Positions 9,775-19,279 of a stretch of 64,000 bases of DNA are shown one piece after another. The DNA is from an uncultured Actinomycetes bacterium (GTDB lineage Bacteria > Actinomycetota > UBA4738 > HRBIN12): contig CAVPIB010000001.1 in the NCBI GenBank assembly GCA_963704885.1, forward strand, positions 448,001 to 512,000, read 5' to 3'. The notes beneath the pieces are model-generated. The model saw only the letters and a list, made by a program, of their open reading frames with translations, was not told the origin of the DNA and made no database searches. How positions within the stretch are numbered: the first letter of the stretch is position 1; the number at the start of each line of letters is the position of its first letter. Both the position numbers and the translations under genes were made by a program.

Positions 9775-10784
9775 CCGAACACCACCTGCATCCACATCGT
9801 CCCGACGAGCGTGACCGAGAACACCACCCCGGTGACGGTCCACAGGAACGTCTTGCTGAAGGTCCCCACGTAGAGCGCGGCTAGCTTCAGGTCGATCATG
9901 GGACCGGCTACCAGGAACGCCAGCTGCGCGGAGGGGCCGAACAGCGTGAACGACGACGCGACGAACGCGTCCGACTCCGAGCAGAGCGACATCAGGAACG
10001 CGAGCACCATCATGGCCACCAGCGAGAGGATCGGGAGGTCCGCGACCTTGCCGACGAGCGCCTGGGGAACGAACGTCTGGACCGCCGCCGCGATGGCCGC
10101 TCCCATCACCAGGAAGCGGCCCATGAACACCACGTCGCCCGTGAGATGGGAAGCGAACCGCGCCCAACGCCGTTGGTCGGGCTCCTGCTCCTCCGCGACA
10201 TCGTCGTGCCGCGGACGCAGCAGATCCTCTTTGCGGGTGTTGCCCACCACCCATCCGACCGCGACGGCCACTAGGAAGCCCAGGGCAATCCGTCCGAGCA
10301 CCATCGTCCAGAGCGTGTCCCGACCGCGGTAGGCGACGAACGTCGACGCTACGACCACGGGATTCAGGATGGGTGCGGCGAGCATGAACGTGACGGCGGC
10401 CGCAGGTGCCAGCCCTTTCTGGGCCAGCCGTCGCGCAACCGGCACCGAGCCGCACTCGCAGACCGGGAAGGCCACCCCTGCGAGCGCGGCGGCGGGGAGC
10501 TGCAACGGACGGGGTAGGTGTCCCAGCCGTGCGAACACCGAGGTGGGGACGAACACTTCGATCGCCGCGGATACGAATGCCCCAAGCAGGACGAACGGCA
10601 TCGCCTCGACCAGCAACGAACCGAACACGATCAGGAAGTTCTGGAGCCACGCGATGCGCTCGGGGTCGGCCACGCGGACGACTAACGCGAGCACGGCGAG
10701 CGTTGCGATCACCAGGAGCGCGGGCCGTCGCGACGATCTCGACTGAGGTGGCGAGACGGGAGGGCGCGCCACGTCCACGGCCAT
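9771..10784 (-). CDS. DUF318/YcgR (ArsP-like) permease
   Basis: EAMPFVLLG, FPVCECGSVP, APILNP, SLCSESDAF, GPMIDLK motifs. Confidence 0.92.
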   Translation of the reverse strand: MAVDVARPPVSPPQSRSSRRPALLVIATLAVLALVVRVADPERIAWLQNFLIVFGSLLVEAMPFVLLGAFVSAAIEVFVPTSVFARLGHLPRPLQLPAAALAGVAFPVCECGSVPVARRLAQKGLAPAAAVTFMLAAPILNPVVVASTFVAYRGRDTLWTMVLGRIALGFLVAVAVGWVVGNTRKEDLLRPRHDDVAEEQEPDQRRWARFASHLTGDVVFMGRFLVMGAAIAAAVQTFVPQALVGKVADLPILSLVAMMVLAFLMSLCSESDAFVASSFTLFGPSAQLAFLVAGPMIDLKLAALYVGTFSKTFLWTVTGVVFSVTLVGTMWMQVVFG

Positions 10785-12085
10785 CAGCAGTACCTCGAGA
10801 ACCCGACCGCGAACCCCGGATACGCGTCCGCGAACAGGGGAGTGCCGAAGGATGGCGAGGTCGATGTCTTCATCACCCCGACGACCGAATCGGACGTCGT
10901 TCCGCTCGCGACCATCACGTCCTCGTCCAGGAAGAGGCCTCCGGCTACGCTCGCCGCGACGACCGGAGCGCCCAGCGCGTCGTTCACCGACGTGGCAACG
11001 TCGGGCGGATCGTCTAGAGCGCCGTACGCGGTTCCCGTCGTTGTGAGGACGAACGTGGCGTCGGCGACCTGCCTCTGCACAGCGGCGACCATCGCTTCCG
11101 TTCGGCGCTCCAGCCGCTTCAAGGGACCGCTCACCACCACTCCCAGGATGTCGGTGATGCCGTCGGAGCCGTAGCCGGATCCGAGCAACCGGGAGATCTG
11201 CGGAACGAGGTCGCTCGCGCCCAACGCGAGATCGTCGCGATCGCTATCCACGTACCACGTCCCTCCGATCAACCCCCGTTCGGTCTCGTCGTCGGCGATG
11301 AGGCCGATCAGGGCGCGTTGTTCGTTCGCGCGATCCCAGTCGTCGGGGAAGGTGGCGATGATCGAAGTGGGCGCGTCGGAGCTCCACGCCCGAACCGCCG
11401 CTCCGTCTGGATCCCGGATGATGGTTCCGGTGACGCCGTGCTGGGACGGAAGACCGCCGCTACCGATCGTGGTGAGGATGGCGGCCGGATCTACCGGCAA
11501 CGAACCCGTCGTCCCGTCCAATGTCCAAGCACCCTCTCGGCGCAGCGCCTTGACCCAAGGTGTTCGGGCGTGTCTGAACTGGATGCTCCCGACTGCCTTC
11601 CAGACGATCTCGACCACGAGCGGGGATCCTGTTCCCGGTTGGACGACGTCCTCTATGGGCGTGCCACTCCTCACTTCCGGATGTGGGCGGTCGAAGCCGA
11701 TCAGTTCGGCCAGGGTCGGGGCGATCCGATCGACGGCGATCCCATCGGCCAGTTGGCCCGGGACGATGCCTCGTCCGAAGAAGATGATCGGAACGGCGTT
11801 CCTCGATGGGGCGTACGGGACCTGAGGCCATGGGACGCCGTCGTCCTCGGCCAGACCCGGACCTGGCGGCGTCGCACCCATCACTTCCGGGGAGCGACCC
11901 TGCCGGTAGCCGGCCGCGATCTGGTCCCTGAGCGTCGCTGGGAGCGAACAGAACGGGAGCGGACCCGCCGACTCCTCCTGCGGCGCGCAGCTGTTGCCCA
12001 CGCAGAGCGCACGCATCGCAACGGCGGGGGCTCCCACCAGCGCCAACGCGACGACCAGCACGGTGAGACGTCGCCCGGGTGCCAT
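10784..12085 (-). CDS. Exported circularly permuted alkaline-phosphatase-superfamily paralogue lacking catalytic residues
   Basis: Signal peptide; VPIIFFGRGI, IAPTLAELIG, PLVVEIVWK, TIGSGGLPSQHGVTG in the same order as the divergent gene. Confidence 0.75.
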   Translation of the reverse strand: MAPGRRLTVLVVALALVGAPAVAMRALCVGNSCAPQEESAGPLPFCSLPATLRDQIAAGYRQGRSPEVMGATPPGPGLAEDDGVPWPQVPYAPSRNAVPIIFFGRGIVPGQLADGIAVDRIAPTLAELIGFDRPHPEVRSGTPIEDVVQPGTGSPLVVEIVWKAVGSIQFRHARTPWVKALRREGAWTLDGTTGSLPVDPAAILTTIGSGGLPSQHGVTGTIIRDPDGAAVRAWSSDAPTSIIATFPDDWDRANEQRALIGLIADDETERGLIGGTWYVDSDRDDLALGASDLVPQISRLLGSGYGSDGITDILGVVVSGPLKRLERRTEAMVAAVQRQVADATFVLTTTGTAYGALDDPPDVATSVNDALGAPVVAASVAGGLFLDEDVMVASGTTSDSVVGVMKTSTSPSFGTPLFADAYPGFAVGFSRYC

Positions 12086-12145
12086 GTGTTCGAGGCTACC
12101 GCTTGGGTTGTCGTTACGGGCGTGGTCGGGGACCCTAGTCGGCCA

Positions 12146-13796
12146 GTGACCCCCAAACGCTTGGTCTTATTCCTGCTCGCCCTTGGGCTCGTCGCGTCCT
12201 CCGCCGTCGCGCTTCCCAGGGCGCCGGCCCGCGCGCAGTCCTCTGATCAGGACTTGGCTGATCTGGCTTGCTCGCTGCCGCACGACTTCTTGCTTAGAAC
12301 CTGGCGAGGGTGGCGCCTGGACCGAGGCGCTCAACTCTCCTACATCCCGCAGGAGCCGAACTTCGTGGGCGCGGGACTGCCTCATGTGGGTCCGTGGGAC
12401 TACGTCCAAGACGTGCCGATGCTCTGGTACGGCCCGCCGTTCGTTCCCGCGAGAGGGAGCGTGTCGAGGCCTGTAACCGTTGCGGGCATCGCGCCCACGG
12501 TCGGCGAACTCCTGCACTTCGGCGGGTTCCGGGCGATCGATGGCCGGCCCATGACCGAGGCCATAGAGCCGAATGACCGGGTGCCGAGACTTATCGTCAC
12601 GATGATCTGGGACGCGGGTGGCGTCAACGTCCTGGACGAATGGCCCGACGCGCACCCCTATCTGGATCAACTGATCGCGAAGGGCACATGGTACGAGGAC
12701 ACGTCCGTGGGTTCGTCGCCGACGAGCACCGCCCAGGTCCACGCCACGATCGGCACGGGCGCGTTCCCGAACCACCACGGGATCACCGGCCACCATCTGA
12801 TCATCGGCGACCGGCTGACCAGCCCATGGAACGCCGGCCCCGCGTTCATGATCGAGCCCACGATCGGGGACCTCTACGACGTCGCCATGGACAACGAGCC
12901 CGTCGTGGGCATCGTGGGCACGGTCGACATCCACTTCGGGATGCTGGGGCACGGGTCGTTCTTCACAGGTGGTGACCGCGACATCGCACTCACTCGATCG
13001 GTGATCGGGGGCGAGACCCTCACCGACGAGGGGTTCGAGTGGAACCTGCCGCCGCGCGACGCCGCGTACTACAAGCTCGCGAAGTACGCGAACGACGTGC
13101 CCGGGTTCGACGATGACGTGCGCCGTGTCGACCAGGCCGACGGCAAGCTCGATGGCCTGTGGCGCGACAACGCCATCGACCAGCTCCTGAAGGGATTCGA
13201 CACGCCCGCGCGCACGCCATACCAGGAACGCGTGATCGAAACGGTCATCCAGAAGGAGGGGTTCGGCGAGGACGAGATCCCCGATCTGCTGTACCTGAAC
13301 TTCAAGGAGATCGACTACGTCAGCCACGTCTGGTCCATGAACTCACTCGAGATGCGCGATGCAGTAGTCGTGCAGGATCAGGCGCTCAAGCGGTTCGTCT
13401 CGTTCCTCAACGAGCAGGTCGGGAAAGGGACCTGGGTGCTCGCGCTCACCGCGGATCACGGCGCCATGCCCGACCCCGAGTTCTCGGGCGGTTTCCAGAT
13501 CTCGACGGGACCGATAGGGACGGGGATAGATGAGAGCTTCGATACGGACGGCGACGACATACCGGTCGTGGATCTGGTCCAGCCCTCGCAGGTCTTCCTT
13601 AACGTGGATGAGCTCGAGGAGAACGGCTTCACGATCGGCGACGTTTCGCGATACATCATGACGCTGACGCAGGCGCAGACGGCGGGCCCGGGTCAAACGG
13701 TCGATCCCGGCGACCGCCAACGATACCGTGTTCCAGGCGGCGTTCCCATCCCAGCTGATGGAGAGCCTGCCCTGTCTGCCCGAGGCTCGCCGGTAG
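12146..13796 (+). CDS. Exported alkaline phosphatase/nucleotide pyrophosphatase superfamily enzyme (PafA-like), circularly permuted; probable +1 error near 13706-13708
   Basis: GTG start and signal peptide; IWDAGG, PTSTAQVHATIGTG, DYVSH, TADHG. Removing one C gives the C-terminus TANDTVFQAAFPSQLMESLPCLPEARR* (stop 13796); the uncorrected ORF ends at 13813. Confidence 0.85.
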
Positions 13797-13809
13797 GATT
13801 CGACCTCGG

Positions 13810-16800
13810 ATGACGCAAACCGACGGCTCGCTTCGACCGACGCACGCGGACGTTTCCGTCGGTGGCAGTGGCCGGCTGGGCTCCTGGTGGGCCATCGGTG
13901 GGTTCACTGTCTTGATGCTGTTGGCGCTCAGCTGGCCCTTCTTGCGCGATCCCTCGCTGTCCGCCCCCACTCGCGACCCGGCCTGGTACACGTGGCGTGC
14001 GAACGTGATCATGGAGTCCGATCCCGCGTCGGTGGTCGGTGAGTGGGGGCCCGAGGGGCTGTTCTCAGGCGGGTACAGGGTCACCACGCCACTCGCAGGC
14101 GCACTGCTCCAGCGCGTGGCCGGGATCGACACGTACTCATTCAGCGCCTTCCTCATGATCGGCATCCCGGTGCTGACCGGCTTGGCGCTCGGTGTCGGCG
14201 CGCTCAGGAGCCGAGGCGATCCGCTGGCGATGCTCTTGACCATGCTCGCCACGGTCGCCTTGTTCCTGACCACCCCGTACGTCGGCTATCTGGACAACAT
14301 CACGGTCCTGTTCCTGCTGTCGCTCACGCTCCCGTTCCTGCATGAAGCGCGAACCTCGTGGGGAGCGCGCTCAGCCCTGTTCCTGATCGGGATGGCGGCT
14401 GCATTCACGCATCCGACCACCTGCGTGGTCTTCGGCGTGGTGTTGATGGCCGTCTTCGGCTGGCACTTCCTGACCAGCCGCTTCTCGCTGGGGTCGGCGC
14501 TCAAGGCCGACGGACCGATGCTGATGGCAGCAGGGTTCGGGATGATCGGCGGCCTCGCGATGTGGATGGTCGGGATCTGGGGACAGACCGCGAGTCTCGC
14601 GGAGGCGGCGCTACCGCCGCCGTACACGAAGGAGTTCTTCACCGCCCGCCTGGTCGAGTGGGTCGGGTCGCTTCAGCCGATCGTGATCGTTCCGTTCATC
14701 GTGACAGCGATCGTCTCCACGGTCTTGCTGGCACGGCGGGAACGTCGACCTGCTCACACCTACGACCTGGCTTCCATCGGCTGGATGCTCGCCTTCGTCG
14801 GTGTTCTGACGGTGTTCACGTCAACGGTGGTCCCCTACTACCGATTCATGAACGCGTCGGCCGCGCCGATGGCTCTCACCGGTCTCGGCGCCTTCGCGGC
14901 GATCCGCTGGTTCCTGCGCCTGGACGGGAGGGCTCGGATCGCGGGGGTCGCCGGCGCGTTGTTGGTGGTGGGCTCGCTCGGTTGGGTGCTCGTCGACGGT
15001 TTGCAGCATCGATGGGTGACCGAGAAGAACCAATGGGCCAACCAGGGCGTGCGGACCTCGCTCGCCGCCGTGCATGAGGTGGTCAACGACTCGGGTCCGC
15101 GACCGATCGTCTTGGTCATGAACTACAACGACACCGACGATGCGACGGGCACGAACACCGCGTACGGATGGGCCAAGACCTTCACGAACGTGTTCCGCAC
15201 CGGGCTCGACGGGGACTCGGCCGGTTACCAGACGACATTCCTGGGGACCGTGGACGATCTCCGTGCCGGGCGGGCGACGGTCGGCGCCAGCGAGGGCTAC
15301 ACAGAGGCGGCGTCGCAGCACTTCGACGAGCTCCAGACGCGCATGTCCTCGTATCCGGAGGACCCACTCGTCTTCTTGATCGGCCAGTACTACCGAGGGC
15401 TCTGCAACGGGGTCGAAGCCTGTGATGAGACGACCGAGCAGCGGCTCTTCGAGGAGGCGATCGCCGGCGCGATCGAGGTGGGTCCGGACACTTACGCGTT
15501 GACGGGGGATGGGTTCTTCACGCCGCCGACCGATGCGGTAGAGCTCGCTCGTGATGCCGCCACGACCGAGGCCGATCGGTTGGAGAACCATCCCGGCGCG
15601 TTCGGTGACCCTCTGCACACGCTCAGGGTGCTCTTCGGCCTGGCGTTCCTCCTGGTCCTGCCTGGCATGATCGCGGCGCCATGGTTCGGCCTGCGTGACA
15701 CCGCCGGCCGGATCGCACTCGTCCCCGCGATGTCGATCGTGCTCACCCTCCTGTCCGGCATCGCGGTGCTCGCCATCTGGCGAGGGCCGCTCACCACTCC
15801 GAAGGCCTGGGTGGTGGTGGCCGCCTCGGCGACGGTGGCGGCAGGTCTCCGGCTGGGGGCGCCAGCTCTGCTCCGTGTCCTGAACTCGTTCGGTGGGTTC
15901 TTCAACGACCTGTTCGGCGTCTTTTCCAACAAGGCGTTCGCCACGCTGATGGGTGTGCAGTTCTTGGTGCAGGCCGGACAGGGCGTGATCCAGGGGGCGA
16001 TCGCGAAATCGATCGCGTTCGGCGGCGAGAAGGGCTTCGACGTCACGGTGGTGCCTTCGGCGCAATACCTGTTGAAGGTGGTGCTGGCGCTGTACGTGCC
16101 GTACACGCTGGTGAGCCCGTTCATCGGCGTGGTCATCGACCGGACCGAACGGCGCCGGATCCTCACGTGGTCCAACATCGTGGTCGCGGGCGTGGTCGCC
16201 GTGGTCGCGGTCGCGTTCATGTTGCCGCTCGGGAGCGAAACCTCCGAGGGCAACGTGGGCGCGACGGTGGCGTTGATCGTCGGGCTACTCTTCATCCAGG
16301 GTTGCGTGCGCGTGGCTCTCGCGGTGAAGAGCGCCGCCATCCCCGACGTGCTGTCGGGGATCGACCTGCTTCAGGGGAACGGCCTTTCGCAGGCAGGTGG
16401 AGCGCTCTTCCAGGTGATCGGGATCGGCTTCGCGTTCGGCGCGGCGGCGGCATTCCCCACGTGGATCGTGGTGGTCCTGGGTGCCGGAGTCCTGGTCGTG
16501 GCGTCGGTGGTCGCCCGAAGGCTCGAGCGGATGGAGCTGCATCCGAAGCAGACCAGCTTCGGCGCGGAGGCCAAGCAGGTGATCGCGAACATCGTGGCCG
16601 GCTTGAAGGAGGTCGCCTCGCGCCCGCCGGCCGCGCTCGGGTTGTTCTCGTTCCAGATGCTGCGCTACCAGTTCTGGGGTTTCTGCCTGTTCACGTTCGG
16701 CCTGTACGCGAAGAACCTCGTGGAGAGCGGTGCCGACAACCTCGGGCTGGCGCTCGTCGGCGGTGGCGGGTTCTTGGGTGGCGCGCTCGGCCTAGTGCTC

Positions 16801-17226
16801 GCGCAGAAGTGGAAGGATCGCGTGCCGCCCATCCGGTTGTTGCTTGGCGCCATGTTCGCGCTCGGCGCCGGGGCTTTGGTGTTCGGCTCTCTCGTGTCAC
16901 TGGCCGGGTTCGCCGCCCTCTTGTTCGTGGGGTTCTTCACGTTCTTCCTGGGCAAGATCTCGGCCGACACGATCATGCAGCAGTCCATGCCCGACGACTT
17001 CCGCGGCCGCGCGTTCGCGCTGTTCGACATCGCCTATAACCTAGGATTCATCATCCCCGCGCTGATCTTGTCGTTCCTGTGGGTGGAGGGCGACGCCTTG
17101 CGGACCCGCGCGATCCTCATGGTGTCCGGTGCCGTGTTCCTTGCTCTCACCATGCTCATCTGGCGCTGGTCGATACGGATCCGCGACCAGTTCGCTCCCC
17201 AGGACGACCTGCTGGTCATCGAGTGA
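13810..17226 (+). CDS. Fusion of a GT-C-like polytopic membrane domain, an extracytoplasmic domain and a C-terminal MFS transporter
   Basis: N-terminal TM1 followed by RDPAWY loop, FTHP motif, many TMs. From about aa 700: PYTLVSPFIGVVIDRTERRRIL and MQQSMPDDFRGRAFALFD (MFS motifs). Confidence 0.75.
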   Translation: MTQTDGSLRPTHADVSVGGSGRLGSWWAIGGFTVLMLLALSWPFLRDPSLSAPTRDPAWYTWRANVIMESDPASVVGEWGPEGLFSGGYRVTTPLAGALLQRVAGIDTYSFSAFLMIGIPVLTGLALGVGALRSRGDPLAMLLTMLATVALFLTTPYVGYLDNITVLFLLSLTLPFLHEARTSWGARSALFLIGMAAAFTHPTTCVVFGVVLMAVFGWHFLTSRFSLGSALKADGPMLMAAGFGMIGGLAMWMVGIWGQTASLAEAALPPPYTKEFFTARLVEWVGSLQPIVIVPFIVTAIVSTVLLARRERRPAHTYDLASIGWMLAFVGVLTVFTSTVVPYYRFMNASAAPMALTGLGAFAAIRWFLRLDGRARIAGVAGALLVVGSLGWVLVDGLQHRWVTEKNQWANQGVRTSLAAVHEVVNDSGPRPIVLVMNYNDTDDATGTNTAYGWAKTFTNVFRTGLDGDSAGYQTTFLGTVDDLRAGRATVGASEGYTEAASQHFDELQTRMSSYPEDPLVFLIGQYYRGLCNGVEACDETTEQRLFEEAIAGAIEVGPDTYALTGDGFFTPPTDAVELARDAATTEADRLENHPGAFGDPLHTLRVLFGLAFLLVLPGMIAAPWFGLRDTAGRIALVPAMSIVLTLLSGIAVLAIWRGPLTTPKAWVVVAASATVAAGLRLGAPALLRVLNSFGGFFNDLFGVFSNKAFATLMGVQFLVQAGQGVIQGAIAKSIAFGGEKGFDVTVVPSAQYLLKVVLALYVPYTLVSPFIGVVIDRTERRRILTWSNIVVAGVVAVVAVAFMLPLGSETSEGNVGATVALIVGLLFIQGCVRVALAVKSAAIPDVLSGIDLLQGNGLSQAGGALFQVIGIGFAFGAAAAFPTWIVVVLGAGVLVVASVVARRLERMELHPKQTSFGAEAKQVIANIVAGLKEVASRPPAALGLFSFQMLRYQFWGFCLFTFGLYAKNLVESGADNLGLALVGGGGFLGGALGLVLAQKWKDRVPPIRLLLGAMFALGAGALVFGSLVSLAGFAALLFVGFFTFFLGKISADTIMQQSMPDDFRGRAFALFDIAYNLGFIIPALILSFLWVEGDALRTRAILMVSGAVFLALTMLIWRWSIRIRDQFAPQDDLLVIE

Positions 17227-17287
17227 TACCCCTCGTCTTCCGAGCGTCACCGCCGTAGCGGCAGCCTTGGCTAGCCAGAGAGGTCTC

Positions 17288-17596
17288 TCATCGAGCGACG
17301 GCCAAGCCGTCGAGGACGAGCACGTCGATCGGTCCCTCGAGCAGCTCCTCGACCCGCCGCCGGTACTCGATGTAGTGGTCGGACGCACGGTGCTGCTCCA
17401 ACGCCTCTGTGTTGCGGTATCTCTCGAAGAGATGGAAGGTCCCGCCGTCGTCGTGCCGGCCATAGAGGTCGTAGACCTCACACCCCGGCTCCCTGCGAGT
17501 GTGCTCGACCATCCACGAGAGTAGGTCTTGGAGCTCGCGCTCCTTCCCGGCGATCGGTCGGAACGACGCGAAGACGATGACTACGTTGTCGTCCAT
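17288..17596 (-). CDS. Antibiotic biosynthesis monooxygenase (ABM) family protein
   Basis: TRREPGCEVYDLY, FHLFERY, HRASDHY; GAGG RBS. Confidence 0.9.
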   Translation of the reverse strand: MDDNVVIVFASFRPIAGKERELQDLLSWMVEHTRREPGCEVYDLYGRHDDGGTFHLFERYRNTEALEQHRASDHYIEYRRRVEELLEGPIDVLVLDGLAVAR

Positions 17597-17734
17597 GAGT
17601 GGCACCTCGCGCTTCGAGTTAGGAACCAGCCGGATGGGAGGGCGACTCGAAGCATCCCTCGACAGAGTTCCCGTAGTGTATCGAGGTCTCTGGGTCCGAT
17701 CGCCGGTGTTCCACGTGCTCGTGCGGGGAGAGTA

Positions 17735-18670
17735 ATGGCTCATCTTCTGGTCGTCGATCCTCTCCTGCTGACGGAGGAGTTCGGTATCGACGCAGGCTGG
17801 GTCGGTGACGACCACGAGGTGATGGTCCCGTCCGGTTTCGCGCTGGACGACCTGCGACCACACCTAGAGCTGGCGGAGGGCATCCTCACGGCGCACCGCC
17901 CTGTGACGGAGGACATGATGGCGTTGGCGCCGAGACTTCGCGTGATCGCCAAGCCGGGCGCGGGTGTGGACAACATCGACGTGGGTGCCGCAGCCGCCCG
18001 CGGGGTCGTGGTGACCAACGTCAGGGGTGTGCGGGGCCGAGCGGTCGCCGAGCATGCACTATTCATGATGCTGTACCTCGCGCGTCACGCGTGGATGCGG
18101 GACGACCCGGAGTGGCAAGGAACAACGTCGGTGCAGCTGGGCGGCAAGACACTCGGCATCGTCGGGCTCGGCGAGATCGGCCGTCATGTCGCCCACTTCG
18201 GTCATGGACTAGGGATGACTGTCGTCGCCCACACACGCACGCCCGCATCCGAACCGATCGCCGGCGTGCCCGTGGGATCCGTCGGACGGGACGACCTGAT
18301 CGCTCGGGCCGACTTCGTCGTGTTGTGTGTCCCACTGACAGAGGAGACGCATCGGATGATCGACCGTTCGACGCTCAGATCCATGAAGGACGACGCGTAC
18401 CTGATCAACGTCTCGCGCGGGCCGGTCGTGTGCACGGACGACTTGTCGGACGCGCTCCGCACCGGGCGGCTGGCCGGGGCGGGCCTCGACGTGACCGACC
18501 CCGAACCCCTCCCGCCCGACCACGAGCTGCGTCGGTTCCCGAACGTCCTGATCTCGCCGCACAACGCTGGTCGCACGTCCGAATCGCAGGCCGAGGCCCT
18601 CGCCCGGATGCGCGCCAATGTGCGGCTCGTGCTCTCGGGCAGCCCACCGATCGACCTCGTCCGACCATAG
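17735..18670 (+). CDS. D-isomer-specific 2-hydroxyacid dehydrogenase
   Basis: GAGVDNIDV, GIVGLGEIG, INVSRG, LDVTDPEP, SPHNAG. Confidence 0.93.
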   Translation: MAHLLVVDPLLLTEEFGIDAGWVGDDHEVMVPSGFALDDLRPHLELAEGILTAHRPVTEDMMALAPRLRVIAKPGAGVDNIDVGAAAARGVVVTNVRGVRGRAVAEHALFMMLYLARHAWMRDDPEWQGTTSVQLGGKTLGIVGLGEIGRHVAHFGHGLGMTVVAHTRTPASEPIAGVPVGSVGRDDLIARADFVVLCVPLTEETHRMIDRSTLRSMKDDAYLINVSRGPVVCTDDLSDALRTGRLAGAGLDVTDPEPLPPDHELRRFPNVLISPHNAGRTSESQAEALARMRANVRLVLSGSPPIDLVRP

Positions 18671-18705
18671 CCGCGGCGAACGGGCCCCTCATCGATGCCA
18701 GCAGT

Positions 18706-19218
18706 TCAGCAGGCTCCGCACGCGCTCATCGTGTAGCCAAGCATCGTGTAGTACCCGACGGTCAGAACGAGCTCGACCATCCCCGACGTGCCGACCAGAT
18801 CGCGCGCGGCGCGGAATCTCTCGTCCGATACGGCGCTCGTGTCACAGAGCTCGTTCACGAACGAGACGAGGGTTGCCTCGCGGGCCGCGAGACCTCTTCC
18901 GTCGTTCCCGAGCGCCGCGATCGTATCTGGCTCGATCCCGGCCGCCCGAGCGGCCTCGAGATGCGATTCCCACACGAAGGCACATCCGTGCGCGCGCCCC
19001 GTCGCCAGGGTAACGAGCTCTCGATCCGCGTCAGCGAGACCCGACTCGAACCTGACGACATGGCCGAGCTCCGCGACCTTGTCCGCCATCGCCGGAGCGT
19101 GGAGCAGCACCTCGAACGGGCGAAGCGTCGTGCCTCGGCTCTCGACGATCCGATCGAACACGACGCGTCCCTCGGTGTCGAGCTCGCTCCGTGCCTTGAT
19201 CAGCGGGATCCGACTCAC
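18706..19218 (-). CDS. Carboxymuconolactone decarboxylase/AhpD-like protein
   Basis: GGAGG RBS then GTG; RELVTLATGR..CAFVWESH and VELVLTVGYY motifs. Confidence 0.85.
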   Translation of the reverse strand: MSRIPLIKARSELDTEGRVVFDRIVESRGTTLRPFEVLLHAPAMADKVAELGHVVRFESGLADADRELVTLATGRAHGCAFVWESHLEAARAAGIEPDTIAALGNDGRGLAAREATLVSFVNELCDTSAVSDERFRAARDLVGTSGMVELVLTVGYYTMLGYTMSACGAC

Positions 19219-19279
19219 GACTTGACCTCCTCTTCCTCGTTGACTTCCCATCGCGTTCTTCGAGCCCGAAGAGCTGGGG

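Noticed and set aside
11318-12145. N-terminal extension of the 831-aa ORF
   Set aside because: Antisense to 10784-12085; the signal peptide starts at GTG 12146.
18202-18720. CMD/AhpD-like protein ends ACGAC-TGA; possible selenocysteine readthrough given tRNA-Sec
   Set aside because: Readthrough would add about 168 codons antisense to the convergent dehydrogenase, and there is no convincing SECIS hairpin.
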